From Eledone cirrhosa (Eukaryota): DNA of 64,000 bases. Under the pieces are notes generated by a model. That model had not been told where the DNA came from and ran no database searches. It saw nothing but the letters and a program-made list of their open reading frames with translations. Made by a program: the position numbers and the translations under genes. The stretch is taken from positions 47,678,001 through 47,742,000 of the forward strand of contig OZ024742.1 in assembly GCA_964016885.1 (NCBI GenBank), given 5' to 3'. This document shows positions 26,893 through 40,296 of the stretch, one piece after another (the stretch's first letter is position 1; each line of letters opens with the position of its first letter).

Positions 26893-27419
26893 GGCTGGAT
26901 ACAGATGACAAAAATAGAAATAGATAGCAATGACTGGGAAACTTATGATGGTAGATTAAGATACAGAACAATCTGAATAGAGCCAGTAACTAAAAAGAAA
27001 GAATATATATGAAATATAAAAAGCGAAACGAATATAATCACATTGGCTTTTGAAAATTATCAGAAACTTATTGTGGAATTCCACCCGTGTTTCTTCTATT
27101 TGTTCAGTAAAGTTGCTACATATGCATTCATAGATAACCTTATGAATAAGCAAATACATATATGCATAAATATACGTAGGAAGGAGGCAATATATCAGGA
27201 TATAGAGTGGATTGTATTTGTTTAATCATGATTACAGAACCCTTGCTTGAAAAAAACAAAAAACGGAACTGCAAAATATTCCTGCACCCGCCTTACATAT
27301 ATATAAGTTCTAAACCACACTATCCGTCTAAAATATCTTTAGTGAGATGTACGGCGGAAGCTTCTATTTATAATTTCAAACTCGCTCGCTGTTTCAAAAA
27401 CATACTTACAATATCTGGA

Positions 27420-27602
27420 TTGACGGTATCGGTAGAGGCTCGGACGCCATGCTTTGCAGCAAAGAGTTACGGCTCTTTATAGTATGAGTTCAAATCCCGC
27501 AAAGGTTAACTTTGCCTTTCATCCTTACGGGGTCGATAAAATAAGGTACCAGTAATACACTGTGATAATTGCTGGCCTTGTGCCAAAAAGTAGAAACAAT
27601 TA
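27420..27602 (+). mobile_element. tRNA-derived SINE, near full length
   Basis: GAGTTCAAATCCCGC B-box plus CCTTTCATCCTTACGGGGTCGATAAAAT core and TGCTGGCCTTGTGCC...GTAGAAACAATTAT tail. Confidence 0.8.
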
Positions 27603-27604
27603 TG

Positions 27605-28468
27605 GATGCCATATACAAATGGGCTGACGACAACAACATGCAGTTTAATGTTAGATAATTTCAAGCCCTACAATACCAACACTACACAATATAACACAGT
27701 CAATACAACACAGCTAGAGCTGGGGATAAACATGAGCGACGATGCATCTTTTTCTTCATACATCATGATACTGGCGGAAGTGTGCAGACGACTCGCTGTC
27801 TGGATTTTGAGTATTTTCTGGACAACAGGCCGAGAGATAATGTTGATACTATGGAGGATATTTTTCCTAAGCCACCTGGACTATTGCTCCCAGCTGTGGG
27901 ACCCCATCCTATCAAACTAACCACGAGGCTTGATGCAATCCAACGAAACTACACCAAGAGGATTGCTACGATGAAGGAGATGAGCTACTGGGAGAGGCTA
28001 AAATAACTGAAACTCTTCTCCTTGGAACGAAGACGGGAGAGATACGCAGTGATATACATATGGAATATCCTGGAGGGACTAGCAACAAATGTTGGCATTG
28101 TGACCTCGACCAACCCCCGTACAGAACGTCAATGCGTGATGCCAATGCTGCCGTCTTTCACATCTATAATAACGAGCATATATTGCAATAGCCTAGGGTT
28201 AGAAGGCCCTTAACTCTTGTTAAAGCTGCCAAGAAATTTGGTAGATCTGCATGGTGTGGACGGGGATGTTTCCAAGAAACATCTCCACACCCTGCTATCC
28301 AGCATCCCGGATGAGCATGTTACAAATGTAACCTAATGGAAGAAGCAACGAACTCCCTCTTACACCAATAGCCAGTCAACACAGGCTGGAGTTAGAATGT
28401 GAAGAAAACAAGGGCGGTGCCCCAGCCTGGCCTCAACCGGATGGCTAGTGAAGGTAAAAAAGTAAAAG

Positions 28469-28470
<2 letters not shown>
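27605..28470 (+). mobile_element. 3' part of a CR1-group LINE (RT C-terminus, frameshifted)
   Basis: LSHLDYCSQLWDP; LDAIQRNYTKRI..MKEMSYWERLK; LERRRERYAVIYIWNILEGL. Confidence 0.8.
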
Positions 28471-28539
<69 letters not shown>

Positions 28540-28542
<3 letters not shown>

Positions 28543-28760
28543 AAAAAAAGGAAATGAATGACATCACTTGTGGTTCTAAACAATTTAATTTAATTTTGTA
28601 ATATTATGGTTTTACTATTTGGTTTTGTAGATCTAGTTAGTTATTTGCTAATGTCGGCGGAGAGATCTTTAAAGATTCCTGGTTAACTTTCCTGGTTAAC
28701 TTTCGTTGGTGGCGATTGTCAAACTGATCTCAGGTTGTGTTGTGATGTGTGGCTCTATAT
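28540..28760 (-). mobile_element. Family G partial copy
   Basis: GTAGATCTAGT, TTTAAAGATTCCTGGTTAACTTTC and GTGGCGATTGTCAAACTGA match 21090-21201. Confidence 0.75.
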
Positions 28761-29014
28761 ATGAGAGATTTGGGTGTCGGGCATAGGGCTGTTAATGAAT
28801 GTGGGAGTGAAGGAATGTTGATGAAGATTTAAAGGAATTAAATGATATATATATGCCAACACAAGAGCAAGAATGAGGGGCTTATTCTACTGACATTGCT
28901 TTAAAAGTGAGGGTTGTTTGCATAATTGCAAACGAATTGAATATTATTATTAATATTTTAAAAACTCTCATTACATTTATTGTAATATGCCATGTAGAGC
29001 GAAATATATATATA

Positions 29015-29096
<82 letters not shown>

Positions 29097-29119
29097 GCTG
29101 TAATAAATTTTGTATTATT

Positions 29120-29739
29120 ATCTCCTAGACTTAAGGATTAATTGATTAATTTAATTGGTTAATTGTTTATATTTGTTTAATAACAACTAGTTGAGTGCTT
29201 TATTCGGTTTGTGTAAAGGAATTTATTCCTTTGTTCAAATTTTGAATTTGACCGACAAAACCGAGGGTTACATCCATTCGAGAAAACCATGTGATAACTG
29301 GACGCGTTTACTGCTAATAGTCACAACCGGGACGCACTAGAACGAAAACTTGTTGACGAAGTAAATTCCACTCTTCTATCTTCCCAAACCAATAACTTGC
29401 AGGCACCTGCACGTGAATTTTGTTGATTTCAGATTTACAGAAACCTAGCGGAGATATTATATATTATATGTTATATATATTATATATTATATTTTATATG
29501 TTATATGTGGTATCAACGCGACGATCCAGGTTTGTCATATTTTCCTGAGTTCAGTTTTTTTCGTCGCTTTGGTCACTGCCGCTCGCCCGCCTATCGGTCG
29601 CTGTCTTCAATTTGCAAAGCTGTCTAAACGTAATGTTATAACTCTAAGGTAATATACCTTATTAAGTGCTTAGCTGACACCCCGATTGCATTCGTCAGCT
29701 TAGCTGCAGCCAAACCTTCGATTATGCTGTACTAAATTT

Positions 29740-29742
<3 letters not shown>
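29120..29742 (-). mobile_element. Family C second copy
   Basis: Reverse complement of 3885-4510 with the same termini. Confidence 0.8.
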
Positions 29743-29783
<41 letters not shown>

Positions 29784-30195
29784 AAATAGTGAATGGTAAC
29801 AACATGATAATTAATTGGGTGTAGATTTGGGAGGTGTTGGGGTGTTTAGGAAGTTTCTATTTCGATAAATGATCTTTGATGAATATAATGGCAGGAAGGA
29901 TTTCAAGTTTATTTTTTTATAGCTGAATCAACTATCTTCAATTTATAAAGAATAACTTCAACAATGTTCTATATTAAAGATGAATTTGGGTGTGCGTCTG
30001 GTGGTGTTGGGGGTTAATGAGGTGTAAGATACATGTCATTTGATAAAGATTGGATGAGAACAAAGAGAAAAATAAGGATAGTTTTGGAATATTTGTCAGA
30101 AATGTATGTTGTTGCTATTGGGGGGGAAAGTGTGGTGGGGGGACATGCTAGCTCACATATTTGCTTGCCTGCATGTAAACAAATATACAGCCCAT

Positions 30196-30232
<37 letters not shown>

Positions 30233-30291
30233 CATCAATGTATATATACATATCTCTACAAATACATATACATATCTACATATATATGCAC

Positions 30292-30760
<469 letters not shown>

Positions 30761-30889
30761 ATATATATATATATAAAAGGAAATTGTCTCTACATGGCTG
30801 AACACAATTTCTTTCGTTTGCAAGAATGAAGTCTTCATTCTACTGACATTCTACTGACATGGCTAATAAAGAATTCTTTATATTTCGGG

Positions 30890-32950
30890 AAATGTTCGTT
30901 GTCCGATCATATCTTAAAGAAGGGAATTTTTCCTTTCCGCAAGATGATTGTGGATTTCAGTATGATGTCTAATAGGTTGCTTAGACGTTGTATGCTTGAG
31001 GATGGACCAGCCACAATTGGGCGGAATTTTAAATCTGTCGGTTATGGTACTTCAACGTATATTCTATTTTTGCCTTTTATGTTGTTTGGATTTATCTGGA
31101 TTTATGAACTCTCGGTAATCCAAACATATTGTTGGTTTTCATTTCGAAGTTGGTTAAGTAATTGATTTTCTATAGCGCGAGGTTTTTTTCGTACTTTGTC
31201 GTCAGTTTCCTAACTTGAATTATCGATCTTCTTTTTTCGCTTTTACTGATTCTCCTGTAAAAACCCTCCTCATTCAACTGTTTTAGGATCATATCCTTGT
31301 AGAGGGTTTTGTCCAGGATGAGGATTGCTCCACCTTTGTCAGCCTTTTTTATGATTATTGAGGAGTCCTTCTGTAGCTTGCTTAATGCTAGCAATTTTTC
31401 TGTAGGAATGTTGCGTCTCTGCAATATTTGACTGTGCTGATCGTTGTAGGAAGGTTATGTATTGTTCCAGGTGTTTGTCTCTATTTAATGGGGGTTTGGG
31501 TTTTTACTAGTGATTACTAGTGATTCTCCTCGTATTCTACACCCTGGAAGAATTCTCCTGCAGTTAATTTTTGATAAAAATATACTGTGTCTTTTATAAG
31601 GTCGGCTTGATCTGCGGCCTGAGTGGATGTGAATTTCAGTCCATTTCCTAGCAGTTTGATTTCCTGTTCTGTTAGTTTCTTGGCGGATAAGTTGATTGTT
31701 TTTGGTTCCTTTGGGTTTTTCTCGCTGAGTGCCACATGAAGGGTGATGTTTTTTCCCTTCATTTGGTGGGAAGCACCTTATCTTAAAAAATAAATCCCTT
31801 TTGACATAGGGGTGTTTCTGTTGGGGTGAAATATTCTGTTCGATGGTATTTCATTTTGATAATTTTCTGAACGGTAGTATCTTATTTGGCGGTTGATATA
31901 TGGGGCGACTGGTTCTTCTGCTGTTCCGTTCGGTCTTCACATGTCTTTGATTTTGCCGCTGGTAAATATTCTTGGGGATTTGACAGTAGTTGTATCTGGT
32001 TCTGGTCTTCAGTATTTGGTCTGTGCATAATTGTGTGTTTGGTATTCTCCGATCTCTGGTTGATATTTATTTATTGCGTGACAATTCTTGATTTTTTGTG
32101 TTTTTGAATATTCCCGAATTTGAGGTTTTCTGATGGGCTTCTTTTGGGGATTTTATTTGGTCTTTCCCATAGTTCTTTTCATATTCTTGTAGCCGTTGTG
32201 TTCTTGACTCCACGATTTTCCTTTGATGTTAATTCCTCTCTGCTTGTATTGCTCTTCCATTCGTCAAAGAGTTTTACACGTCCATTGCCGCTGCTTCTTT
32301 TGTTTATTTCTTCTCGAATGGTGGTGTCGCACCTTTTGAATTTTTGTTTGAATTCAGACAGCGTAGAGTGAATTGAGTCTAAAGTTTCTGGAGTGCTAGA
32401 TTTAGTCTTATTTCGGTTTCTTAATTGGTTTCCAATGTTATCGCTTTAATTCGTAATTTTCTCAGTAAGGCTGTTTTCTTTGGTTTTGTAATTGATTCCA
32501 AATATTTTTCATTTGGATTCTTTTTCCAGATTCAGTTCATTCCATTCTTTAAACGTATTATGAACGATGGAATTATGGTCGTACGTCACTGTTTCAGAGG
32601 AGGGGGGGATTTATTCCTGTTTCTGGCAGTCTGTAATTAGGGAATCACACTTTTCCCCATAGCCACGTGATTGATGTTCCATTTTAATAACGGCATTAAT
32701 AAGAGAATCGTACTTACTTATTATTATGCAGAGCTTTTTCTGAGATTTCCTGTAATATTGTCTTCGATTTGAGGGATTCAGTAACAGATCTTATACTTGT
32801 TAGCCATTCTGTCGTGTACAAAGTCGTAGAATATTGGAAAATGTGTGAAGTCCTTTGTACAGATAAGTAAATTTAGAAAAAGAAAAAGAACGACTTCACA
32901 TGTAGTTCTAAACGATTTAATTTAATTTTATAATATTTAGGTTTTACAAT
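30890..32950 (-). mobile_element. Decayed 5' portion of a second Neptune-like PLE, starting with a family G sequence
   Basis: TINLSAKKLTEQEIKLLGNGLKFT and IIIKKADKGGAILILDK; FRPIVAG at about 31007-31030; 32830-32950 matches the reverse complement of 21290-21403. Confidence 0.8.
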
Positions 32951-32994
32951 TTATATATATAAAGTTTTACAATATATATATCAAAGAAAGAATG

Positions 32995-33145
32995 TATTGT
33001 AAGATACCAGGTGGACCATAACGCATCAGAGTACTCGATAGGGTAGTAGAGTGAGTAATAGGAAAAGAGTCAGGACACCGACAGCTGAGCTCCGGCCGTT
33101 TCGACAACAGTTAGATCTGAACGTCGGGGTCCTGACTTTTTCCTA

Positions 33146-33147
<2 letters not shown>
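32995..33147 (-). mobile_element. Family A fold-back element
   Basis: CCAGGTGGACCATAACGC...ATAGGAAAAGAGTCAGGACACCGAC...GTCGGGGTCCTGACTTTTTCCTAT. Confidence 0.8.
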
Positions 33148-33215
<68 letters not shown>

Positions 33216-35294
33216 GTCGACCCGAATTATATTATGAATATGATATAATAAATACATTTGAATAATACGTAAGATAATCTGGTAAAGCTCAACTGGAGCC
33301 GGAAACAAAATTGACAATGGGGCTTGTGAGGAATCGGATTCCTCAAAGTTTTCATGCCGAGCAAGTGCGTTAGTTATTATGATAACTTATCCTCTTTCCC
33401 AGTTTTCATATTCTCGTAGGATTTTAATTATGTATAAAGAATTGTGGACACTCGTTTGAGTTATGAAGCCTTGGGAAAAGTAGTCGAAATGGGAAATGTA
33501 ATGGTGCCAGTGTAAATTAATATAACAATAATTGATCAATATAGATGATATCTGCGAAGATACGAAAATATTCCCTAGAGATGGTGAAAAGTAAAAAAAC
33601 ATAATAATTGTTTTCTTTTATTTGTGCATGTAAGTATGTATGTATACCTCATGCATATTATTAATCAACGCAACATCTATATTGAATAACGAATCTTGAT
33701 AAGGGGTAATGTATATTAAAATACCTTGGAACGTATTTTCCCATATAGTTGTGTGACAGAAAGTATGATTTGAAAACCACTGTCTCTATTAGATAGAAAC
33801 AAATCTTTTCTCAGTGTCTCAAACCAAAATGTCAGAGACTGAAGTTAAACAGGGCATATTTATGAAGCCAGGAATACTTCTGGTTCTTTTAACTCAACTA
33901 GATTTTCAATAAAGATATAAACATATTCAAGGAATACAACACAAATCAAACATTTGGGACATTTAAGTTGAGCTTCAGAACGACAGCGGCAAATTGATTA
34001 AATCAAGCTGCTTATAATTCAATTGTTTCGTAAATATTTATGAAGGAATATATACGTAGCTGCTCACTGGAAAGAAGAGAGGAAACATCACGTTACACAG
34101 ATATTCATTGAATAACATATTAAAAAATACAAGTATTAATTGGAGGAAGAAAACACTCATCTCTACAACAGAGCGGAAATTAATACGCTAATGGATTTTC
34201 CTTGTTCCGAATACCATCTGGTAATTGTTAGCCGTGTTGTAAATTATAGTTAAAAGAACTATCTTTTTCCCTCATTTCACAAAGCCATTTAGGATCTCGA
34301 AATATAAATTGGCATTTAATGTACAATTTGAGAAGTAATACAACTTGTATAATGTCGATCTCTGCAATCAGGCAAGTAGATTTAAATTTCTGTCTTCAAT
34401 TAATTCCTGTAGTACTCAGAAACGAACTTAGTCGACAGTTGACCAGAGATACGTTTGTTATTATTTATATATATTAGTCAACTATTAGTCGTTTACTTAT
34501 TTCATCTATAGCATCAACCATACTATATGTTTGATGTGGATATATCAAAACATTGAGTTTGGACACTGTGTAATTAGTGCGTATTTTCTTTGCTTATCTG
34601 GTGAAATACAAATCAATAGAAACATGCTATACAGTAAATCTCCACAGAACGCTGTTGTTCACGATAGAGAAACTTTATAATGTAACTAACTATCATTAAA
34701 AAATTTGTTTAAATTGCTCTAAATTAACACACATCTTATCGAATGTTATTCCAAATCACGTATGTTCTGGAATGTATTAGAATGCTATGCTGCAAGAGGA
34801 ATAACAATGACTGAGTTAGAAGATCGAACGTGAAGCAGCATTTATGAGTTAATTGACTATGTCGACTTCATGAAACTTAATGTTTCAAATACAAAGGGAA
34901 ACAACTTTATTCCTGATAATACGAGGTAAATTACGGTATTATCACTAGGATATTAACTGTGTTTATTCTAGTTACTATAAACCTGATGCAAACATAAACA
35001 CCTGATACATGTTTGTTGTCGGCGGAGACCATCAGTATGCTTGTATAGAGAAAAATAAGATGCAAACACCATTAAAAATTGTAAAGTCAATAATAACATT
35101 ACTGGTGGTTGATATTTCTTGATATTTCTCATTCGTAGCCCTATTAACCTGCATGACGATCACAACATCCTATTACATTGTTAATAGCTTGCCGCTTCCC
35201 TGCTTATTTGAATACGTATTATGTCAAGTACGTTCGTGTCCTACAAAGCTTGCTTGATTATTTTTAACAATTGTACTCTACAAATATGTTGTAT

Positions 35295-35560
35295 TTAGAT
35301 ATAACTAGTTTTAACTGTGCATTTATAGACTACGTTTTTATCTAAACACTTATTTTGTAAAGGGCAGTTTGATTTGATTCTACAGTTACATTTTACGGAG
35401 TTGTTGTTGCTCGGAACTGTACTATTAGGTTGGATATTGCTAGAAATATTATTATTGCTATTTTGGTTACGGTTCAAATTTAAGTTTCTATTATTAATTC
35501 TATTTATATTTTGTGCTATGTTCATAGTAGTAGAGTAGGATAGTTTTATAGTAGAAATCT
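35295..35560 (-). pseudogene. PLE fragment (RT-EN linker and start of GIY-YIG), related to the 40-kb element
   Basis: CNCRIKSNCPLQNKCLDKNVVYKC versus CNCRIKNKCPLNNHCLDKNLIYEC in ORF 40952..42700. Confidence 0.8.
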
Positions 35561-35660
35561 ATATAATAATCTACATAAATATTATATATATGTATACATA
35601 AATATATATAGTATATATAATACTTATATATGTGTTAAATCCGGTGGCAAGCAGTAAGTC

Positions 35661-35727
35661 TGCAGATAGTTCAGCAGGTAGAGCAGAGGACTGTTGTGTG
35701 TTAGGTCTTGGTTCGAATCCGTCTAGT
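35661..35727 (+). pseudogene. tRNA-Tyr-like pseudogene / SINE head followed by TTAGGG-like repeats
   Basis: GATAGTTCAGCAGGTAGAGCAGAGGACTGT...TTAGGTCTTGGTTCGAATCCG resembles eukaryotic tRNA-Tyr; anticodon arm disrupted. Confidence 0.6.
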
Positions 35728-37859
35728 AACTATGGGTTAGAATTAGAATAATGTTTAGGATAAGGGCTCGAATTAGGGTTAGAATTAGAATAAGGGATTT
35801 GTCTGTTTGTCATGCGAAATATTTATGTTATTTTGTTATCGAGTGTAAACAAATATCTAGAATTGTCTAAGAATAACTGCAATAGCAAAAACATAATTAT
35901 TTCGAGGATATTTGATTTAGATAAATCAAATATCTTTTTGTGTTGTAAGATCTTGTGTTGCTAAGGGATATGTTTGTATTGATACATTCTTACATGAAGG
36001 CCTGAACATAAGTAAGTAAAAAAAAGATGGTCTATTATATGATGCATATATACTGTCCCATGAGCTCAAGTTTCAACGGTTGTGTTTCTTTGCGCTTGTG
36101 CGACCTGCTAAAATTAACCGACAAATCTCACTAAAATCCTACAGCAATTTCTCAGGATATGAGCTGGTGCATTGGATAATATTGGCATACATGCCTTTAT
36201 AAGGATGGTGGTTATGCCTGGACTGCCATTGACAATATATCTGCTGGTGTGGCTAAAGAACAGCATCAAAATCTAACAATTTTCCCATACTAATAAATTT
36301 CAGTTGTCGGTAACCTTTACCACAATTTCCGCTCTTAGTTTCACCATATCCGAAAGCTTCATTATTAAATAACACATGAGCCGTGAAGTTTGAAACGTAT
36401 TTAAACAACAGGCTAGAACGTCTACAATTTGTTCCTCAACTGAAATCCTACAGCCCTGAAATAAAAGTTACATATTTCTGGTTGCAAGACAGGAAAACAA
36501 TAGTGGATAAAGCTCAAAACTGTTTTTTCCTATTTCTACAGAATAAGGTCCCACCTTAGTGTATCGAATAAATTACAGCAAGACCATACCTCTGATAGTC
36601 GAAATATATGCAGTAGTACTTTTTATTCCATCTGTTACCGTCTCTTTGCATGAAATATTAGGAAATGTGATATATTTCTCTTTTGGATTATGCCCCACAT
36701 GTACAACAAGTTAACAATGAGATTCTAACAAATCTCTCTCCCCTGTGATAAGGAAATATACAGGTATTGAAGAAATAAATAACACATATTCGTGCGAAAT
36801 ATCCCTCTCCATGTCTAACTCATCTATCCCTACTGTGGTCTTGTAGTCTTAATGAAACAATTACACCCAAACATCTAGGTTTCCATAAATGTCGTATAGT
36901 AGACGATATGGCGGCTTGGCATGGCCACAGTTTACGGTAAATGACAAAACCTAGAAAAAACATAAAAGGTAATTTGTATCTGTTGATACACACGCTTAGC
37001 ATCTAAAAATTTAATAGACAAATTCTTTTTTTAGAATTATATTGATGAATATCGCTTTCCAGCTTCTGTCTGAATTTTATTTTTAGAAAATCTCTTTCTG
37101 TATACGAAACAGGTACAAGGAAATATAATACGTTCTGAATGAAAAAGAAAGATGTAAAATTTAAAAGAGCTGCTTTCAAATTGAAATGTCAAGTTTTGTC
37201 TATCAGAGCGAGAATGACACAATTTATCAGCGTCAGATACAGAATTATCTAAATGTAATCCATTCCATCTATATTCTAATCAACGTCTCTATCTAACCTT
37301 ATCCAAGTAAAGCTGCTTTTTCTTTCCTACTTGTTTTCTTTTTTCATAAAATAATCAACTTTGAAATATACCTTCACATTTATAAGACAGGGGCACAAGT
37401 GAAAAATAACTCACACACAGATACACTGTAATATGTATAAACGCATACACATAAGTAACTATGTGTATAACATATACATGCACAAACACATACGTGTGTG
37501 AGTGTGTGTGTGACACATAGTTCAGACTAATGTACTGCAACATTTTCTAATAAATGATATCAAATCGAGGCTGAGTAAACTTGAATATATTTCTGAATCT
37601 AATAAACTTAAATGTAGTACACATGTTTATCTATTCCACTATGCCCTCAAATATAAAGACACAATAATCATACGGTTGGGGTATATTACTGAATATCTAT
37701 AACACCCGTACTAAGAGAAAAACGGATACGTACACACGCACGCACACATATATATGTGTGAAGGTGATGTGTATCTGTATATGTATTATATTTTACCCTT
37801 CTCTTTCTCTCTCTTCAAACACATACACAAAGCAGGGGTGGAGAATGACTTCTGATTAA

Positions 37860-38260
37860 GAAGACGGGGGATGGTGGGCTGGAACATATCATTTTCTGAT
37901 CAGAAGTCGGATTCCAATTTAACCCCAAAGTCCTCCCGTTTCTTTACTTTGGACACCTCTACTGGCTTTGCTGCAATACTTCCTGCCTGCTTGAATCGCG
38001 GAAAATATCAACGGAATACAGTTCTTCATCCAACAAACGCAGCGCCCACACGCTAATCCAGAACCACACAAGCTTGGATGCGTGACAATCTCCACACTCT
38101 TCCCCTGATCTATTTCGTATAGGGCATTTTTGAAATTGAGCCCACTATAATATCTCTTATGTCTGCCATTAACAGCACAATGTCCTGCATTAATAAAGGT
38201 TATCTGCTTTGGACATGGCAACGCTCCAGACCCTGCCTTGAAGCAGTCACTGAAACTAAG
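37860..38260 (+). pseudogene. Tc1/mariner-superfamily transposase remnant
   Basis: In-frame through stops: NAAPTR*SRTTQAWMRDNL...PLIYFV*GIFE, resembling QDxAPAH..xxTQxWL...PLDYxVWGxL. Confidence 0.6.
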
Positions 38261-38759
38261 GGCTGATTCACTGAATACATATCATAATTCTATTGTGAAT
38301 AATATTTGTATCTAAATATAGCAATTCTTTGGTGTTGTATGCGTCTTTTTCTAAATTCATACCAATGCGTTCAGAAACTGACGCATTTTAATATACTCAT
38401 TTGTTTGTGTTAGTTCCGACATAATTGTTTGTTATGCAGAAATCGTCCCTGCAGAAACGGTCCTTCAGTATTTCCCCTATTTATAAACATATCAGTATAT
38501 ATCCATGGCCATTATTTCTCCGCGAATGATGGATAGAAGGATATATGGATTTTGTTGCATTCTGGATTAAGAATGATACATAGACAGTAAATTCACTCTT
38601 TGTTAATGTAGTATTTTGATAACGAACATATATCATATTGTATGAGAAAAAACTAAAGTTTGAAAGGAAAATGACGTCTTTATATTATTACAAAATAAGT
38701 ATCAACATCTTTCTGTTTTTAATTTATTATTTATTCCTAGCATAGTTACATCCCTTTAC

Positions 38760-38880
38760 ATTCTGAGTTCAAATCCCGCCGAGGTTAACTTTGGCATTCA
38801 TCCTTACGGGGTCGATAAAATAAAGTACCAGTAATGCACTGGGTGATTGCTGGCCTTGTGCCTAAAGTAGAAATAATTAT
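38760..38880 (+). mobile_element. SINE fragment (same family as 27420)
   Basis: TTCTGAGTTCAAATCCCGCCGAGGTTAACTTTG...GGGGTCGATAAAATAAAGTACCAG. Confidence 0.8.
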
Positions 38881-39759
38881 TTATTCTAAGGTAAAATTTA
38901 CGATCTTTAAATACAATTATCGACTATTCCTTATCTATGTATCCTTTATATTTGCATCTTTCTATTTGGAGTTCATATTTAGAACAGCATTATAGCATTC
39001 GGTCTATTTTTCTTTCGCTTGCCACAGGCATGATATATAGTTTTTTTATATACTTTTTCTATAACATTTTTATAATTTAATAAATTTTTTCCGAATTTTT
39101 TTTTTGTATGCCATATTTTATTCAATTATTTTGAGTTAGAACTGAGGCAAAACGAAATTCAGAACTGCTTGCTAGGTAACAGAAGTTCATAGGTTCTGAT
39201 CCTAACTGGTATTTTTCTGTTATAATTTCATTTCTTTGAAATTTCATTTCAAATCTTAACATGCTACATGCAGCAGCAAATTGTATAATACGTTTATATT
39301 CAAAATAAAATTTCGTTTTCTTTGCTTTTCTTAAAGTATTAAGTGTAATTATCCTTCAATTTTAAATTGAAGCGAGAACATAATGCCAAAAATGATTAAA
39401 TATCTGTATGTTTACCCACTTTGAAACAAAACTGGGTTCATTTCTATCCTAAATTCATTTATCATGTTACTTGTTACATCAGAAGACACCGTAAATTTAA
39501 TAATGCATTGATTAAGGCATCTTTTTAAGACAGATTTTAGCTGTTTCGTGCCACAAAATCATATAAGGAAATACAATTACATTAATGTATTGTACTACGT
39601 TACCTTTTAATGCAGGTAAAACACTTTAGGAAAACCAATGCAAAATAAAGATATTTATCGGAATCTGAAGCATGCACATTTACAAACTACTGTTCATCAC
39701 TCAAGCTTCTGATTTATAACTTGTAACATAGTGCAGTGGAATACATATATAAATAAATA

Positions 39760-39819
<60 letters not shown>

Positions 39820-39820
39820 T

Positions 39821-39899
<79 letters not shown>

Positions 39900-40296
39900 T
39901 CATACCTATATATATATATATATACCTGTAGGAGGTGAGTTTTATTGTAGTACAATAAAGCAATGCAGATATCGGATAAGAAGCACTCTACAGTTTGTGG
40001 GACTGGAGTATGCATAATATAAGTATGCATAATATAAAACACAAATATTATTGCTTGATGATGTTTGTTTTTGAAATGCGCATAATAAAATATATGGAAC
40101 TCCTTTAACCATCTTTTGATCTTATATTATGCATACTCCAGTCCCACAAACTGTAGAGTGTTTCTTATCCGATATCTGCATTGCTTTATTGTACTACAAT
40201 AAAACTCACCTCCTACATTAACTTGCTCCTTAACGGTTGAGCGCTTACTCTCATATTGGATACCTTTTGATGGTCCTTCACCTCTTCTTCTGCAAC

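Noticed and set aside
36255-36456. Possible minus-strand exon with a dsRBD-like peptide (FTAHVLFNNEAFGYGETKS)
   Set aside because: That frame has a stop right after the candidate acceptor, and the similarity is too short.
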